A program made the translations under genes and the position numbers. DNA of 57,518 nt, the filler included, from Basidioascus undulatus (Eukaryota): NCBI GenBank assembly GCA_000826855.1. It is 4 parts of 4 records of this genome, joined end to end, with 100 filler letters (N's around TTAATTAATTAA, not from the genome) between each part and the next. Parts side by side here need not be neighbours in the genome. Positions count along the whole stretch, not along the records: positions 28,855 to 43,173 come from JTLS01000742.1; 3 more parts are not named here. One strand, 5' to 3'. The notes beneath the pieces are model-generated. The model was given only the letters and a program-made list of their open reading frames with translations. It made no database searches and was not told the origin of the DNA. Positions 28,855-40,257 of this stretch are shown in pieces. Within the stretch, counting starts at the first letter, position 1; every line of letters begins with the position of its first letter.

Positions 28855-30228
28855 ACTCTCCCTTAATCCCGAAAACCCCCGCCAGCTTATTGCCGACACT
28901 CGTCGCGTCTCCCACGCCCATCACGCTCTCCCCGCGCCACCCAGCGCCCCCGCACGCGCTGCAGCTCTCCCCGCCCGCGCGCACGCCGACCTTCGCGCTC
29001 GGCTTCCTCCTCTCCTGCAGAGTGCACCGCGACCCGACGGGCGCCAAGCCACGCATGACGCTCTTTGCGGCCAAGGGCGAGGAGATTACGCGGGATCTGC
29101 TGAAGAAGGAGCATTTGGGGGAGGAACGGGGCACGTGGGAGGACGCTTGGGGGGACCGGAAGAGGATCGCGGGCATCAGGGCAGGGCTGCTTGTCCCGCT
29201 CGTCGAGGCTGCCATCATGCGCAGCGAGCTGGACGAGGCGGAGAAGGTGCGCACCTCCGTTTCATCGTCCACGCCCCAACTTCCTGGCGCTGAACGTCTT
29301 CGCCCCCCTCCCCACCAGCACCTGAACGACCTGACCGCCCTCACGCGGACGTATCACCTCGTCCCCGCGCTCTCCCCGCTGCTCCTCCTGCTCTCTGCAT
29401 TCCTCGCACACGCACGGGGCGACCCCTCCACCGCGCTGCAGAGCTACACGGCCGCCGCATTCCTCGCGGGTGAGTCCTCCGAGCTGCAGCTCATCGCGCG
29501 CCTCCTGCGCGCGCTCCTCCGCGTCGGTCTTGGCGAGAAGGACGACGCTGAAGTCCGCACACTCGTGGAGGACATCGGGCGCCGGGCGGAGTCCGCCCCC
29601 TCGAGCGTTAGCGCGGCGGTGCGCGCGCTTGGAAAGTTCCTCGAGGCTATCACCGCGGAGGAGATCGTCAAGTCCAAGTGCGTCCACTTCCCCTTCCCCT
29701 CCCCCTCCTCCTTCGCTCTCCATGCTGACGTTGGTGGAATGGGGGTGGGTGCAACAGGCAGCTCTACTCGCAAGCGCTCACGACGTCATCCAAGGCGCAC
29801 GACAACCACGTGCGCGCGCTCCTGCTCGCGTGCCTGTCGGCGTCGTTCGTCCACACGCACGAGGAGCAGGCGCGCAGGATGCTCGATACTGGGTACCTCC
29901 TCGCGCGGCGCATGCAGCCCGGCGCGGACGTCGACGGCGGGAACGTCGCGCTCAGCTTGTGGTTTGGGGAGAGGTCGCAGGGTGCGTTTCTTCTCTTCCT
30001 TCTTGTTCCTTCGCTGCTCCCATTCGCTTGCGGGAGTGTGGGGAGGAGTGGAAGTCTGTTGTGCTGATGCGAGCTGTGCGACGGACAGAGCTATTCAGGC
30101 GCCAAGGCGAGGAGAAGCTTGCGGGGAAACAGGGCACGGTGAACGAGCGGCACCGCGAAAAGCTGAGGGGGCTTGCGGAGCGCGTGGACGCAGCGGCAGT
30201 GGCGGGGGGGAGCGCGCAGACTTCGTGA
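28855..30228 (+). CDS. Cohesin loader subunit Scc4/MAU2/Ssl3-like TPR protein, 3' half
   Basis: RDPTGAKP, AIMRSELDEAEK|HLNDLTALTRTY, AFLAHARGD...EEIVKSK|QQLYSQALTTSSKAHDNHVRALLL...GNVALSLWFGER|ELFRRQG. Matches basidiomycete cohesin-loading factor C-termini as remembered; stop TGA 30226-30228. Confidence 0.72.
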
Positions 30229-30859
30229 TTCAGCGGTGGTCGTTACCTTTTGCGGACATTCACCCTACGCAGTGCAGGCTCGAGATGCATGAGGCCCGGG
30301 CTGCTGGGGTCATGTTTCACAGAGCTGGCTTGCCATTCAATGCGATTTGGACTGCGGTCCAACGTTCGAATGAGACTGTGGTAGTTGAGGTTACACGACG
30401 CGAGCAATGAACGATCTCCTCGCGCGGCAAAGGAGCGCAAGACTCATAAGCGATTTTCCGCTGAATACCTTGAATACCCTGAAATACAATAACGTATGCT
30501 TGAAATAAGTAAAAAAGGACCGAACTGCGCAGTAGTGCTGTCTCAAGACGTGTGCACGCGCCGCGGGTCCTTTCTATGGATCGGTGTGCGCCATACCACC
30601 AGACTCTCTCCCTCCCTCATCTAACGAGCACCACGAACCCGTCTTTCCCTCGCATAACTTACTCTCTTTAATACTAGGGTATGTTCTCCCCGAAATGCTT
30701 TCCCATCTTTCCATTGCTGACCACCCGCATTGGACTCGCAGCCTGCCTTCCCTGCTGCGATGTCACCAACTTCAGGGCTCACGGCGTACGTATGGTCAAT
30801 ATCAGAATACATTCCCCACATTGCCGCTGATGCGCCTTTAGATTGATTCTTTACCAAAA

Positions 30860-31800
30860 CAGGGAACGGCCCTCCTCGCACGACGGGCGATGGTCCCGCT
30901 TCGCACCGACCCCACCGACCGTCGCCTCGCCCACAGTGTCGTCCTCCCGCGCTACCACCCACCCTGGAACCAACACAATCGCCTCGGTTCGCACCCTATT
31001 TACGGGAACATTCTAATCCTTCAGCATCCAGTACCGAGTCAGCCACGCCATCAGTAGCCGACCTCGCCGCGCCTCCCGCAGCCCTGTCTCCGGAGATGTA
31101 CCGCAACGTTCTCGCCGTGCTTGACCTGGTCAAAGCGGAGAACAAAGCAGCTCATTCTTCCCTCAAAGCGCATCTTGATGATCTCAAAGCGCGTTTTGCT
31201 GAGCTCAAAGCGGATCGAGCCTTCACGGAACCTTTGTGGCCCTCGACTGGCTGGCAGCCTTCGAACTGCTCGCCCGAGCTCTGGACCGGAAGTACTTCTG
31301 GTTCCGGGAGCTTGGGAAGGGCCTGTTTCCTCACCAGGAGATTCACTGCGACCGGCTGCTTGAGGCCGTTCTGAGACCGTCCCAATGTGTTGATCGAATA
31401 TGGTGAGCTAGTGCTTGATACTCCAGGAGATAAAGCAGGCCTTACGTTCCCTATCCAACAATGCCCCTCTTTTGACCCAGGCGCAATGGAACGCAATCAG
31501 CTTCGAGTCACTTGCTATTTTTGCTTCACGTACCCCTTCCTTCTGATTCCCTCTAATACTGTGCCTTGCCAAATCTTCTTAGGACTTTATTCACGATCTT
31601 TGGCCCCTTGGGGTCTCTATTCCGGCAATACCACCATATGTATGAACATTTTACTTCGTCTTTTCCATTGGAGACCTACAGCACGTCGTATTGTGGCCAT
31701 CGCAATGGCCGCGCGATTAAGAAACAATGCCCGCTACTGGCCCGGACGCATGCACCGCATCGAAAGAAAGATGGTTGGCTCAGAGATTCCCCAATTATGA
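30860..31800 (+). other. Degraded hypothetical coding region
   Basis: Pro/Ser-rich frame leading into a coiled-coil (VLDLVKAENKAAHSSLKAHLDDLKARFAELK), interrupted by TGA at 31372 and followed by intron-like segments. Confidence 0.3.
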
Positions 31801-32643
31801 ACAGTGTAGCCACTCGACCATGCGTTGATTGCCAGGCACCGTCGCGCTCGTAAAGCCTGGGAACGACCGCATAGGCGTGTATGCCAAGTCGAAGAGGATT
31901 TCGGGTGACAGTTGGAGCAGTTGTGCGCTTGGAATGCTTTATGGGGAAATTCGTCGCTGTGTTTGGCTGGCTAGTGCGGGGGGATTTTTTTTTTAAACGG
32001 TGGCAGCGGTGCTGCGTTTTTGCTTCTGCGCAAATTCGTCGAGAGGTCCTTCCGCCTCATGAGTTCCCACGCCTTTTAAGAACTGTCGGTGTGGATCTAA
32101 TTACTGGTAAGCAGAATTTTCAGAGTTTCTAACTCCACTTGTACCACTTGGGCTGCTTCAATATGCTATGGTGTGCACACCGACTGCGGCGCGCGATCAC
32201 AGGCAACGGAATCCTTCGAAACCTACAACTAGCTAATGGGCCCGTATTTATAGAGTGTGTGACAAGGGATATGTTACAATATTCTTAAAGACATGGCGTT
32301 GTGAAGAGATGGCGCGGTCGTAGACATATAATGGCGGTGGCTCAACGGACCGGCCCCTTCTTTGCGTCCCCACCAAGGAAAGGAAAACAACGTTGAGCGG
32401 GGCTATTCTCTTCTATTACTGTAAGCTTTGCTCTCCATCCTATCCCAAGAATAACGATGCTCGCCCTCCTAGCTGCAGCGCTTCCGCCGAGCCAATTTTC
32501 CCGAGGGCTCCACAGACGTTACCGACCCCAGGAAGTCGCCCGACCGCGCCCCGTTGGTGCTAATTGTCTTGCTAAACATCGGCGGCATGATAATGCTCTG
32601 TCTGATGCGTTGCTTCTGTTATAAGTTGAACGCAATCACTAGC

Positions 32644-33499
32644 ATACTACCCCCACCTCTCGCCACCGTTATCCTACCGCTTTCAGACGACATTATCACT
32701 CTTATCCTACACGGTCATCTCCGTCCCTGATTCCGGGACACTCCAGAAGGGCACGCTCAGTATCTCGGCGCGCTAGCCAAAGTGGCACGGGCATCGCGTA
32801 CACTCAACCAGGTGAGTGTTGGGGCAAGAGATCGTTTGGGGTACCTCGCCGAGCTCATTCTGCCTGTCCATTATCTTCCAACAGATCTCCATATCTGAGC
32901 TCTACCGGCGACCGGTGTTGAAGTCGGCAACCTCCTCCGCGCGCTTCAGTAAAACCCTGTCGTCTCGCCCCGAGCTGGCGGCTGTGCCGGACGTCCTACA
33001 CCTCCAAAACCGGACGCTCATGGTTTTCGTGACGGCCATTATCCTCGTCAGCGACTCCCTCAGCTCTCTCCACCTCCTCTGCCCGGCACCATCTCGATGG
33101 AGACGTTTTACTTCCCCTCGCCGCGCGCCAAGTTCTCTACAGCACCCTCATGCGCTCGCTCCCTCGCCTCGAACGGATCCACATCGCTGCTGCGCTCCTT
33201 AAGCTTCTCCCGGACGTGCCCCTCGCACCGATCGAGGCCTTCTGCGTCAGCGGGTACACGCCTGAGGCGCTGTGCATTGTGGCGAAGGCGCAGGGCCTCA
33301 AGCGGATCAGATGGATCTGGCACGGCCCGGAGGGGAGCGATCGGGATGCGGAGGCGCGGTTGAAGTTTATCTGGGTTTGGTGGAGAGCATGGAGGAGGTT
33401 GACGCTGAGGGGAGGGTGACGCGGTGCTGGACGAAGGACGCGGGCATAGGCGATGTCAGCTGCAGCACCGACCATGGGGAGCAGGCGGTGGACTGGTAG
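32644..33499 (+). pseudogene. F-box/LRR-like protein, disrupted
   Basis: LPLSDDIITLILH..P*..LAKVARASRTLNQ|intron|ISISELYRRPVL..RFSKTLSSRPELA...LRSLPRLERIHI...GRVTRCW. TGA 32728-32730 and frameshifts near 33100 and 33370. Confidence 0.7.
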
Positions 33500-33639
33500 A
33501 CGTTCTAGCGCGCGGGCGGATGCATCAGTCTAATCTGGAATAAATAATACGTGAGGATGTGCACGATTCCAAAAGTCGGAAAAACGCCATCAGCAGGTGA
33601 AAGCCGCATGTATGCGCCTGGCCCGTCAACGTTGCGGCA

Positions 33640-34498
33640 TCACATTTCGTCCCAAACCCGCCCTACCTGCCCGACCTCCTCTTCGCACCACCGCATCTCT
33701 CCATCCTGCCTATCAAGGATCCAGCATTCTACCACCCGCCCATCGACGTCCAGACGCTCATACCTCCTCAGCCTCGGATGCCTCTTCGCCATCTCCGCAA
33801 TCGCCTCCCTCGCGTCCCGGCCGCCCTTCAAGCCAGCCGAGATCTCCTGCACCCTGTACAGTTCGAGGTACGGCCGTTCCATGTCGAGGAAGATGGCGCT
33901 TCCGGTCGGGGGGACGCACGCCTTCCGGAGGTTAGGGAAAAGCGGCGGGGTCTGCTCGGACGGGGGCGTGGAGAACGTGTGTGCGTCTAAGGGGGGGAAG
34001 AATCGGAGGCGGATTGAGATGAGGGTGGGAGAGATAGAGGAGAGAGCGGAGAGGAGGAGAGAGGGCGGGTCGTCGCGCGGTCGTGAAAGGGACAGGGAGA
34101 GTGAAGTGAGGTTCGGCGTGGAGCCGAGGATGGGTGGCAGGAGCGTGCGCGCGGGTAGCGTCGAGAGGTTGAGGGAGAAGGTATGTGTGCCCAGGTGTGG
34201 CGAGTGGGAGAGCGTGCGCGAGAGGAGCGCGATGCGCGTGGAGGAGCGCAAGGTCGGGGAACGGTACAAGAGTGGGGTGGAAATCTGCCGTGCGTGGGGA
34301 CAGGCTGCGGCTCAGTTACCACCGTGATATCGACCGATGCCAGAAGCAAAATTTCATATGACAGACCTCGTGAAGCCGTTGAGAGCACGCGGCAAAACGT
34401 GCGATGTGTGAATAATTGAGCAGAGTGGACGAAGTGGGCATTGTGAGCTCGAGGATGGCGAGGACCAGCTCGGCGGGCAGGTCGTGAATGTGGGCCAT
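33640..34498 (-). CDS. F-box domain protein with LRR-like C-terminus
   Basis: MAHIHDLPAELVLAIL (F-box start)...ACSQRLHE|intron 34366-34285|ISTPLLYRSPTL...ILGSTPNLTSLSL...FPNLRK...WDEM*. Intact frame. Confidence 0.8.
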
Positions 34499-34725
34499 CC
34501 TAGTCAGTGATTTTGGTTCGAAAAGAGGTTCCGATGGTCAGTTTTATGCGGATTCCAACGAGAGCGAGCTGGTTGATGGGGTGAAGAAGGAAAGGAAGGC
34601 GGTGTGATACACTGCGATCGACGACGTAATTTCCGTGGACAAGCCTCGGACAAGGCGCGATCTTGGCCTCGTTCTTGATCTCCTGCTTCTTGCCTTCTTG
34701 CACTTAACTTCAACACCCCGCCAGC

Positions 34726-35369
34726 ATGTCCTCACCACCAACACAACCGTCTCCCTTTGCTCTCACCGCCTCCCCACTTCCGGGGGGCTCCCCGCCTGCG
34801 CTCGCGCCCTTCACCCTCACGCCCACACCCCTTCGCGCACCCTCCCTCCTCGGCCAGGCCCCGCCTACCCGCGGCCTCTCCGCACCAGGTCTCCCGCCGG
34901 GCGTAGAGACTAAACGACTGCTGGAGGTATGGGAGCGGGAGATGGTCCCGCGGTTGGAGCAGTTCGCGAGGGAGATTGAGGAGGGACTGTGAGTTTGCCT
35001 TCCCTCGCTCACTCTCCGTAATCCCCGACCCACCCCCAGAAGTAGCTAAGTGAGAGTGGATCACTTCCCGGCAGGTCCAACCCATTCTCGCCCACCTCAC
35101 GTACCCCTGCCCAGACATCCCAATCGCTCTCGGCGCTCCTCGCGCTCCTCGACACGCTCATTGCCCAAGCCTCGTCCACGCCGCTCGGCGCCATCCCCCT
35201 CTCCGCGACGCCCGACCCGCCTGCTGTGGATCTCGCTGCGCGCATTGTGGAAGCCCAGCGCGCCGTGCAGGCTGCATTCGAGGCCCGGCGCGCACAGAGG
35301 GACGGCGCGGGCGTCGTGCTCGGCGTGCTGGGCGCTGTGGGACCTGGGCCGGGGGCCACGGGGAGATGA
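34726..35369 (+). CDS. Small hypothetical protein (~185 aa; Pro-rich N-terminus, helical C-terminus)
   Basis: ATG 34726; intron GTGAGT..GCTAA..CAG 34989-35074; in-frame exon 2 ...LLALLDTLIAQASSTPLGAIPL...AQRAVQAAFEARRAQRDGAGVVLGVL...*. GC-rich codon usage like neighbouring intact genes. Confidence 0.7.
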
Positions 35370-35565
35370 GGGGTTTTGGACGTGGAGGCGGAGGTAGGAG
35401 AAGCTAGATGGAGTGACGGAACACGCCGCGGGAGAGGGCGCGGTGCCCGGCCGCTAGGAGGGCTGGCAAGGCTTTCGGCTGGCTAGCACGCCGTTGCCCG
35501 ACTGGCCGCCGCAATCCACGTGCTCTCCGAAGCGGGACGACGCACTCCGTGGACGTCCACCCTCA

Positions 35566-35798
35566 CCTGTCTTCTCGGACATAACTCGCGCGAAGTGGCG
35601 AGGGCAGGGCCGGGGGAAGCTGTCGACGACGCAGGGTTGGTTGTGAAGGGGACCGGCTTCATACAGCGCGATTACGGAGTTATGCTCTTCTGCTGGGTGA
35701 TCCTCCAAGGGTTATGTATGCATGCTTCACTCACAGTTACGGCTGATTCCAAGGCGAGCGCCCGCGGGAGCCGGGCTCCAAGTTCTTGCCAGCAGCAG
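35566..35798. repeat. Diverged direct repeat, copy 1
   Basis: Anchors CCTGTCTTCTCGGAC, GTGGCGAGG.CAGG, GCTTCAC and CAAGTT.TTGCCAGCA.CAG recur collinearly at 37667-37910. Confidence 0.75.
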
Positions 35799-36079
35799 GA
35801 ATTAACTTGCTGTATGCCCGTATTGCACATGGCAAAGAACCGGCGAATCGTGGCCAACATGAATAAAGCGAGTCATAAGGCTCGCATAACCATAAAATTG
35901 CTGCTTCTCAAGAACCGCTTGAGCACGCACAGGTACGCTCGACCAGATCAAACAAAATATAAAAACGTTTTGGCATGCAAGAAGATCGCCCAATATCAAG
36001 CTTCAACTCAAACGTTCAAACATTCACCATCAGAGCTGGCCCCTCGTAGCACCCGTACCACCACCGCACCCGCACCAAC

Positions 36080-36927
36080 CTATTCCTCCATCTCCCACAG
36101 CGTCCCGTCGATAATTCTGTCAACGAACCAATCATCCTCCTTTCGGTCTGTTCCGCTCTCACCCCACACCAGAAAAACGACCTTGTCGGAAAGGGGAGAT
36201 AGCAGCAGCGCCTTGAGTTTGCGCAAGAAAGCGTGCTTGCCAGCCTGAACTCCGGTGGGTTGCGGTGGCAGCCACTTTGGTTGCACGCCGAGGATAACGA
36301 CCTGCAGCGTCGGAGAAAGAGTGACTGGCGACCTCTTTGGTTTGCTCGTTGCGAGTAAGAGTCGTCCAGTCCACGGTTGCAACAGCTAGATACGACAGGC
36401 TTGGCATACCCAAAAGCGATTCAACGTTGGCCGTTTGACTGAAATCGAAGGAGTCGACCGAGAGGCGCTTGAGTGTGTCGACCGAGAAAACAGCGCTGAC
36501 ATGTCGTTCAGACCATCCACTGGATTCACATACTCTTCGAGCGCGGGCCGAGAATCACAGTCCCGAATGTTGATGAGGGCGGAGCAGAGACGCCGCAGAG
36601 AGGTCATGTTTTCAGCATAGATGGAGCCACCCACACTTTGAACCCGAGTTGGAGCGATTGAATGAAAGCAAGGAGGTCGGGGCGGGTTGCTGCAGTCCGA
36701 AGAAACTTGGCAAGCTAGCTCTTGCCGGTGTTGTTGGAAAACTGGTCCTTGCCCAACGTGACTGAGGCGTAGAGAAGCGTAGTAGACATTACTTTGAAGG
36801 ATTACGGAGCCAAGCAGAGAGAGCCGAGCGTTGTCGAGTCGCGAGCGTATGCGAGGGGGTGCGAGGGGGCGCCGGCCTCCTCGATGATGAGTTTGTGAAT
36901 CTCGACCGGGAGCGGCAGGTTGGGCAT
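36080..36927 (-). pseudogene. F-box domain protein, disrupted
   Basis: MPNLPLPVEIHKLIIEEA...TLGSLCLAP*SFKVMSTTLLYASVTL...*LAKFLRTAATRPDLLAFIQSL...DDWFVDRIIDGTLWEME*. Stops at 36802 and 36715 plus frameshifts. Confidence 0.75.
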
Positions 36928-37666
36928 GATGAGCTCAGGAGGAAGAGTGTAAGCTTGACAAGAAGAATCGATCCGAGACACCCCATGGTCCGAAAGCAAG
37001 TCGGGAAGGATGATGATGATAAGTGAGAAGAGGAGGGGAACACTGTGGTAGCGCAAGCGCTTTCAAGTGCGGGCGCTTTCCAAGTGTTGTTGCGCGAGCA
37101 CTCAACAAGCAGAACCGGACAAACACAGAAGGGCGGTACAAGCATGCTTCTGAAAAATGCAGTAAAGTTCTGGTAGTGTCCCCTCAAAGGAAAACCCAGT
37201 TTTGTCGTGACCAGGCAGAATACGTCTTGCGCTGCAGCCTCGTGTACTCTTGGCCAGTGAGGGTGTATACTTTGCCCGCTGACCCGTGGATGCCTTTATT
37301 GTTACCGAAAGTTTTATATTTGATCTGTAACTCCAGTGCGCAAGGAGCTTAGGGCCCGCGCTCTCGCGGAGAATGCTTTCAATCGGTCCCGGCGAGTAAG
37401 CTGCATATCGACAGTACTGAGGGCACATGTTGTTCCGCTTCTTTCGAAGTGCAACTTTGCTGGGGTTTCATAAGTTCCCCTGCCCAGTTGCGTTACATTG
37501 CAATATCGGAAGAGGTGTTGTTCTCGAAACTTGATGCTCTTATGCATTGTTGGTGCGGCGGGTGGATGGAATGAGCGAAGCGTCAGGCTGGCTAGCACAC
37601 TGAGACAAGACGTCTTTTCCTATTTACTGTTCCCCCCGCATGACGAGGAACGATATGTCCCCACAC

Positions 37667-37910
37667 CCTGTCTTCTCGGACGTAGTCTGCGTGGAGTGGC
37701 GAGGACAGGCCGTGGGAGTCCGTTGGCAACATGGGCGGGCATGCGTGGGCATGTACTTCGGGTTTTCATGCATTGCCCATATTGGAGCTTGGTTCATTAC
37801 CCTGGGTGTTTTTGTAGGACTGGAGTACCTGCTTCACCGACAATTGCAACGGATCCGCACTTAGGCGAACGTCTCTCGCAGGGGTGGACTCAAGTTATTG
37901 CCAGCAACAG
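37667..37910. repeat. Diverged direct repeat, copy 2
   Basis: Same anchors and order as 35566-35798 (anchor spacing 224 vs 213 nt). Confidence 0.75.
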
Positions 37911-38466
37911 CGACCCCCGCTGGATTGCTCGTAGCACGAGAAAACCGGAGATCCATGGTGCACTGAGCAGCCAGATAACTTTAGCTTGTGAAAACGGTTG
38001 CTGTCAGGCTGAAAGCATCTCGACTGGTTGAAAGGAGCGACTGCTCTGCGGGCACCCATCTTCTGCCCTCTTCTCCCTCCCTGGTTTGTCATGTGCCGTT
38101 AACTGCATATTAAGAGGCTTTTAGCACCTAAGCACTTGCAGAGGATCTAGTTTTGGGCTACTGAGGATGAAAACATCGACAGAGGGCATACAAGGGCATA
38201 CACTCCACAACGCCGCCCCACCCACCCTACTTAGGCCTTACTACTTGTACCACGCTAAGGCGACAGCGGAGAACCGCCCGGATCTCGTACGGACATCGAG
38301 TCATCGAGTCATCTGTACAGCTTGAGCACATGGATGTCTGACCCTTTTTCTTCAATCATCTACGCTGCGAAACGTATAAAGAGAGGACCGCGACCGGAAT
38401 ATCAAGCGCCGCCAGCACCCTTCTCCCCCACCCAACACTTACGTAGTTCACAGCATCCGCGCAAGG

Positions 38467-39847
38467 ATGTCGTCCGCTCCTATCGTTGTCATTGGCGCTG
38501 GTAGGGTTCTTCTACCAAATCTCTCTCTCCGGGCTCAGGAATTGACGAACCGATTGTGCAGGCGTGATCTGACTCACGACCGCCATTCGACTGCTCGAGG
38601 CTGGCAGCACAGTCCTCATTGTAGCTTCTCATCTGCCCCTCGACCCCCTTTCGCGATCCTACCCCTCCTCGGCCGCGGGCGCGCACCACCTTACCTTCAC
38701 CGCCAATGACGACTGGCTCCAGCGACGCTTGGACAAACGGACGTTCGATGTCATGTTGGAGGAGGCGACGCGCGAGGGCGAGAATTAACTCAAGCTCACA
38801 CAGACCGAGTACTATGTGGGCGATAAGCACTTGGAGCTCTTGGAAGAGCTGCTTGATATGAATTGAGCTACTTATTGGTATAGGCTTCTGCTGCTGGTCG
38901 TCCACTCATTTGTCGAAAATCAAACCAGTTCCGCGTTCATTCGCCGTCGTCCTTCCCGCATTCGCAGACCACTCTGTGTCCTTCACCTCGCTCACCATGA
39001 CGACCCCCGTCGTGCTCGCCCATATGTTCAAGCGCTTCCACGAGCTGGGGGGCAAGATCAAGCGCCGCTCGCTGTCGCACCTCTCCTATACGCTCGCGTA
39101 CTCTCCCACCGCAGTCGTCCTTTGCGCCGGTCTCGGCGTGCGCTCGCTTGGCTGCGTGCAGAACGAGACCGTCCGGCCTGTTCGTGGGCAGGTCAAAGTA
39201 GTCCGCGCTCCGTGGTGCCGTGTGGGACGGACACGACAGATGGGGTGCTTGAGCGGTGCGGAGGGCGGCGAGCGGACGTATGCCATCCCCCGCGTAACGG
39301 GCGAAGTCCTCATCGGCGGGAGAGCTGGACGACTGGTGCGTCCCATTCCTTTCCTGATCAGTGATTTCAATGTCGACTAAACATTTGTGACCTCGGACAA
39401 ATGCATGCAGGGAAACGCAGCCGCGTCCTGGACGACAGCGTCCATCAAGGCACGTGTGCTGGAGATCTGCTTGGAGCTTGCGCCACCATCCGCGCGTGCC
39501 AAGAGGCGGACGCCGCCGCCTTCCGACCTGGACGACATACATATCGGGACCGTGGTGGGATTCCGGCCCACAAGGGATGGCGGGCTGCGGCTGGAAGTCG
39601 GTGACTCCCTCGAGGGTGCGTGCACATTCATAACATTACCTGACATCCGGCCTCGTCCTGCATGCAACGATTGGTACTGACTTGAAAAGAGCATGCAAAC
39701 CCGAAGGCAGGAAGCAAGATGCCTGTCGTGCACAACTATGGCCCTGGGGGCTTCGGCTAGCAATCGTGCTGTGGTTGCGCGGAGGCTGTGGTGGACATGG
39801 TGAAGGATCTGGGCGTGGTGGGCGGGCGAGAGCAGTCCAGCCTGTAG
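38467..39847 (+). pseudogene. DAO1: D-amino-acid oxidase, disrupted
   Basis: IVVIGAG|VI*LTTAIRL, SSAAGAHH, CAGLGVRSLG..VRPVRGQV..VRAPW, RTYAIPR..GEVLIGG, VGFRPTRDGGLRLE, VHNYGPGGFG*QS. Stops at 38570, 38786 and 39758, plus frameshifts. Confidence 0.88.
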
Positions 39848-40257
39848 TTGAATGTGTACCTTATTGGAACTTCCGAATGATCTCCACTCTCCTCACTCAG
39901 ACCATCTACCTATTCGGTAGGCTGGATGCTCGCTCGCACTCATGGAAGAGCACGACGAACAGATGTGTCGCAGCTGTCAAAGCATGCTCTCTGTCCAGAT
40001 CTGCCATCTCGTTCAAACCGGGATGATAGCACACCAAAAGCACACCATTAGCCAGCGGGCAATTCCGATGTTCCCAACGATGCACAAGATGCGCACAGTC
40101 ACTTGCCCAAAACAAAGCGTGCATGCCACCCAGCGACTGGCTCTCAGCGCGCTGAAAGCAAGCATGGCCACGATCAATATGTCAATAAAAAGATTCAAAT
40201 GCAAGATGTAGTAATAATGCTGCAGCGAGGGTGGATATTAAGCTAAGGGGAGGAAGC

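Noticed and set aside
27451..30228. Joining the TF fragment and the Scc4-like exons into one gene across the gap
   Set aside because: Different families on different, size-sorted contigs.
30461..30490. Short tandem repeats (TGAATACC x2-3; also ~24078 GGCTATGG, ~38182 AGGGCATACA, ~38294 CATCGAGT)
   Set aside because: Two or three adjacent copies with no spacers: ordinary slippage, not CRISPR or telomeric.
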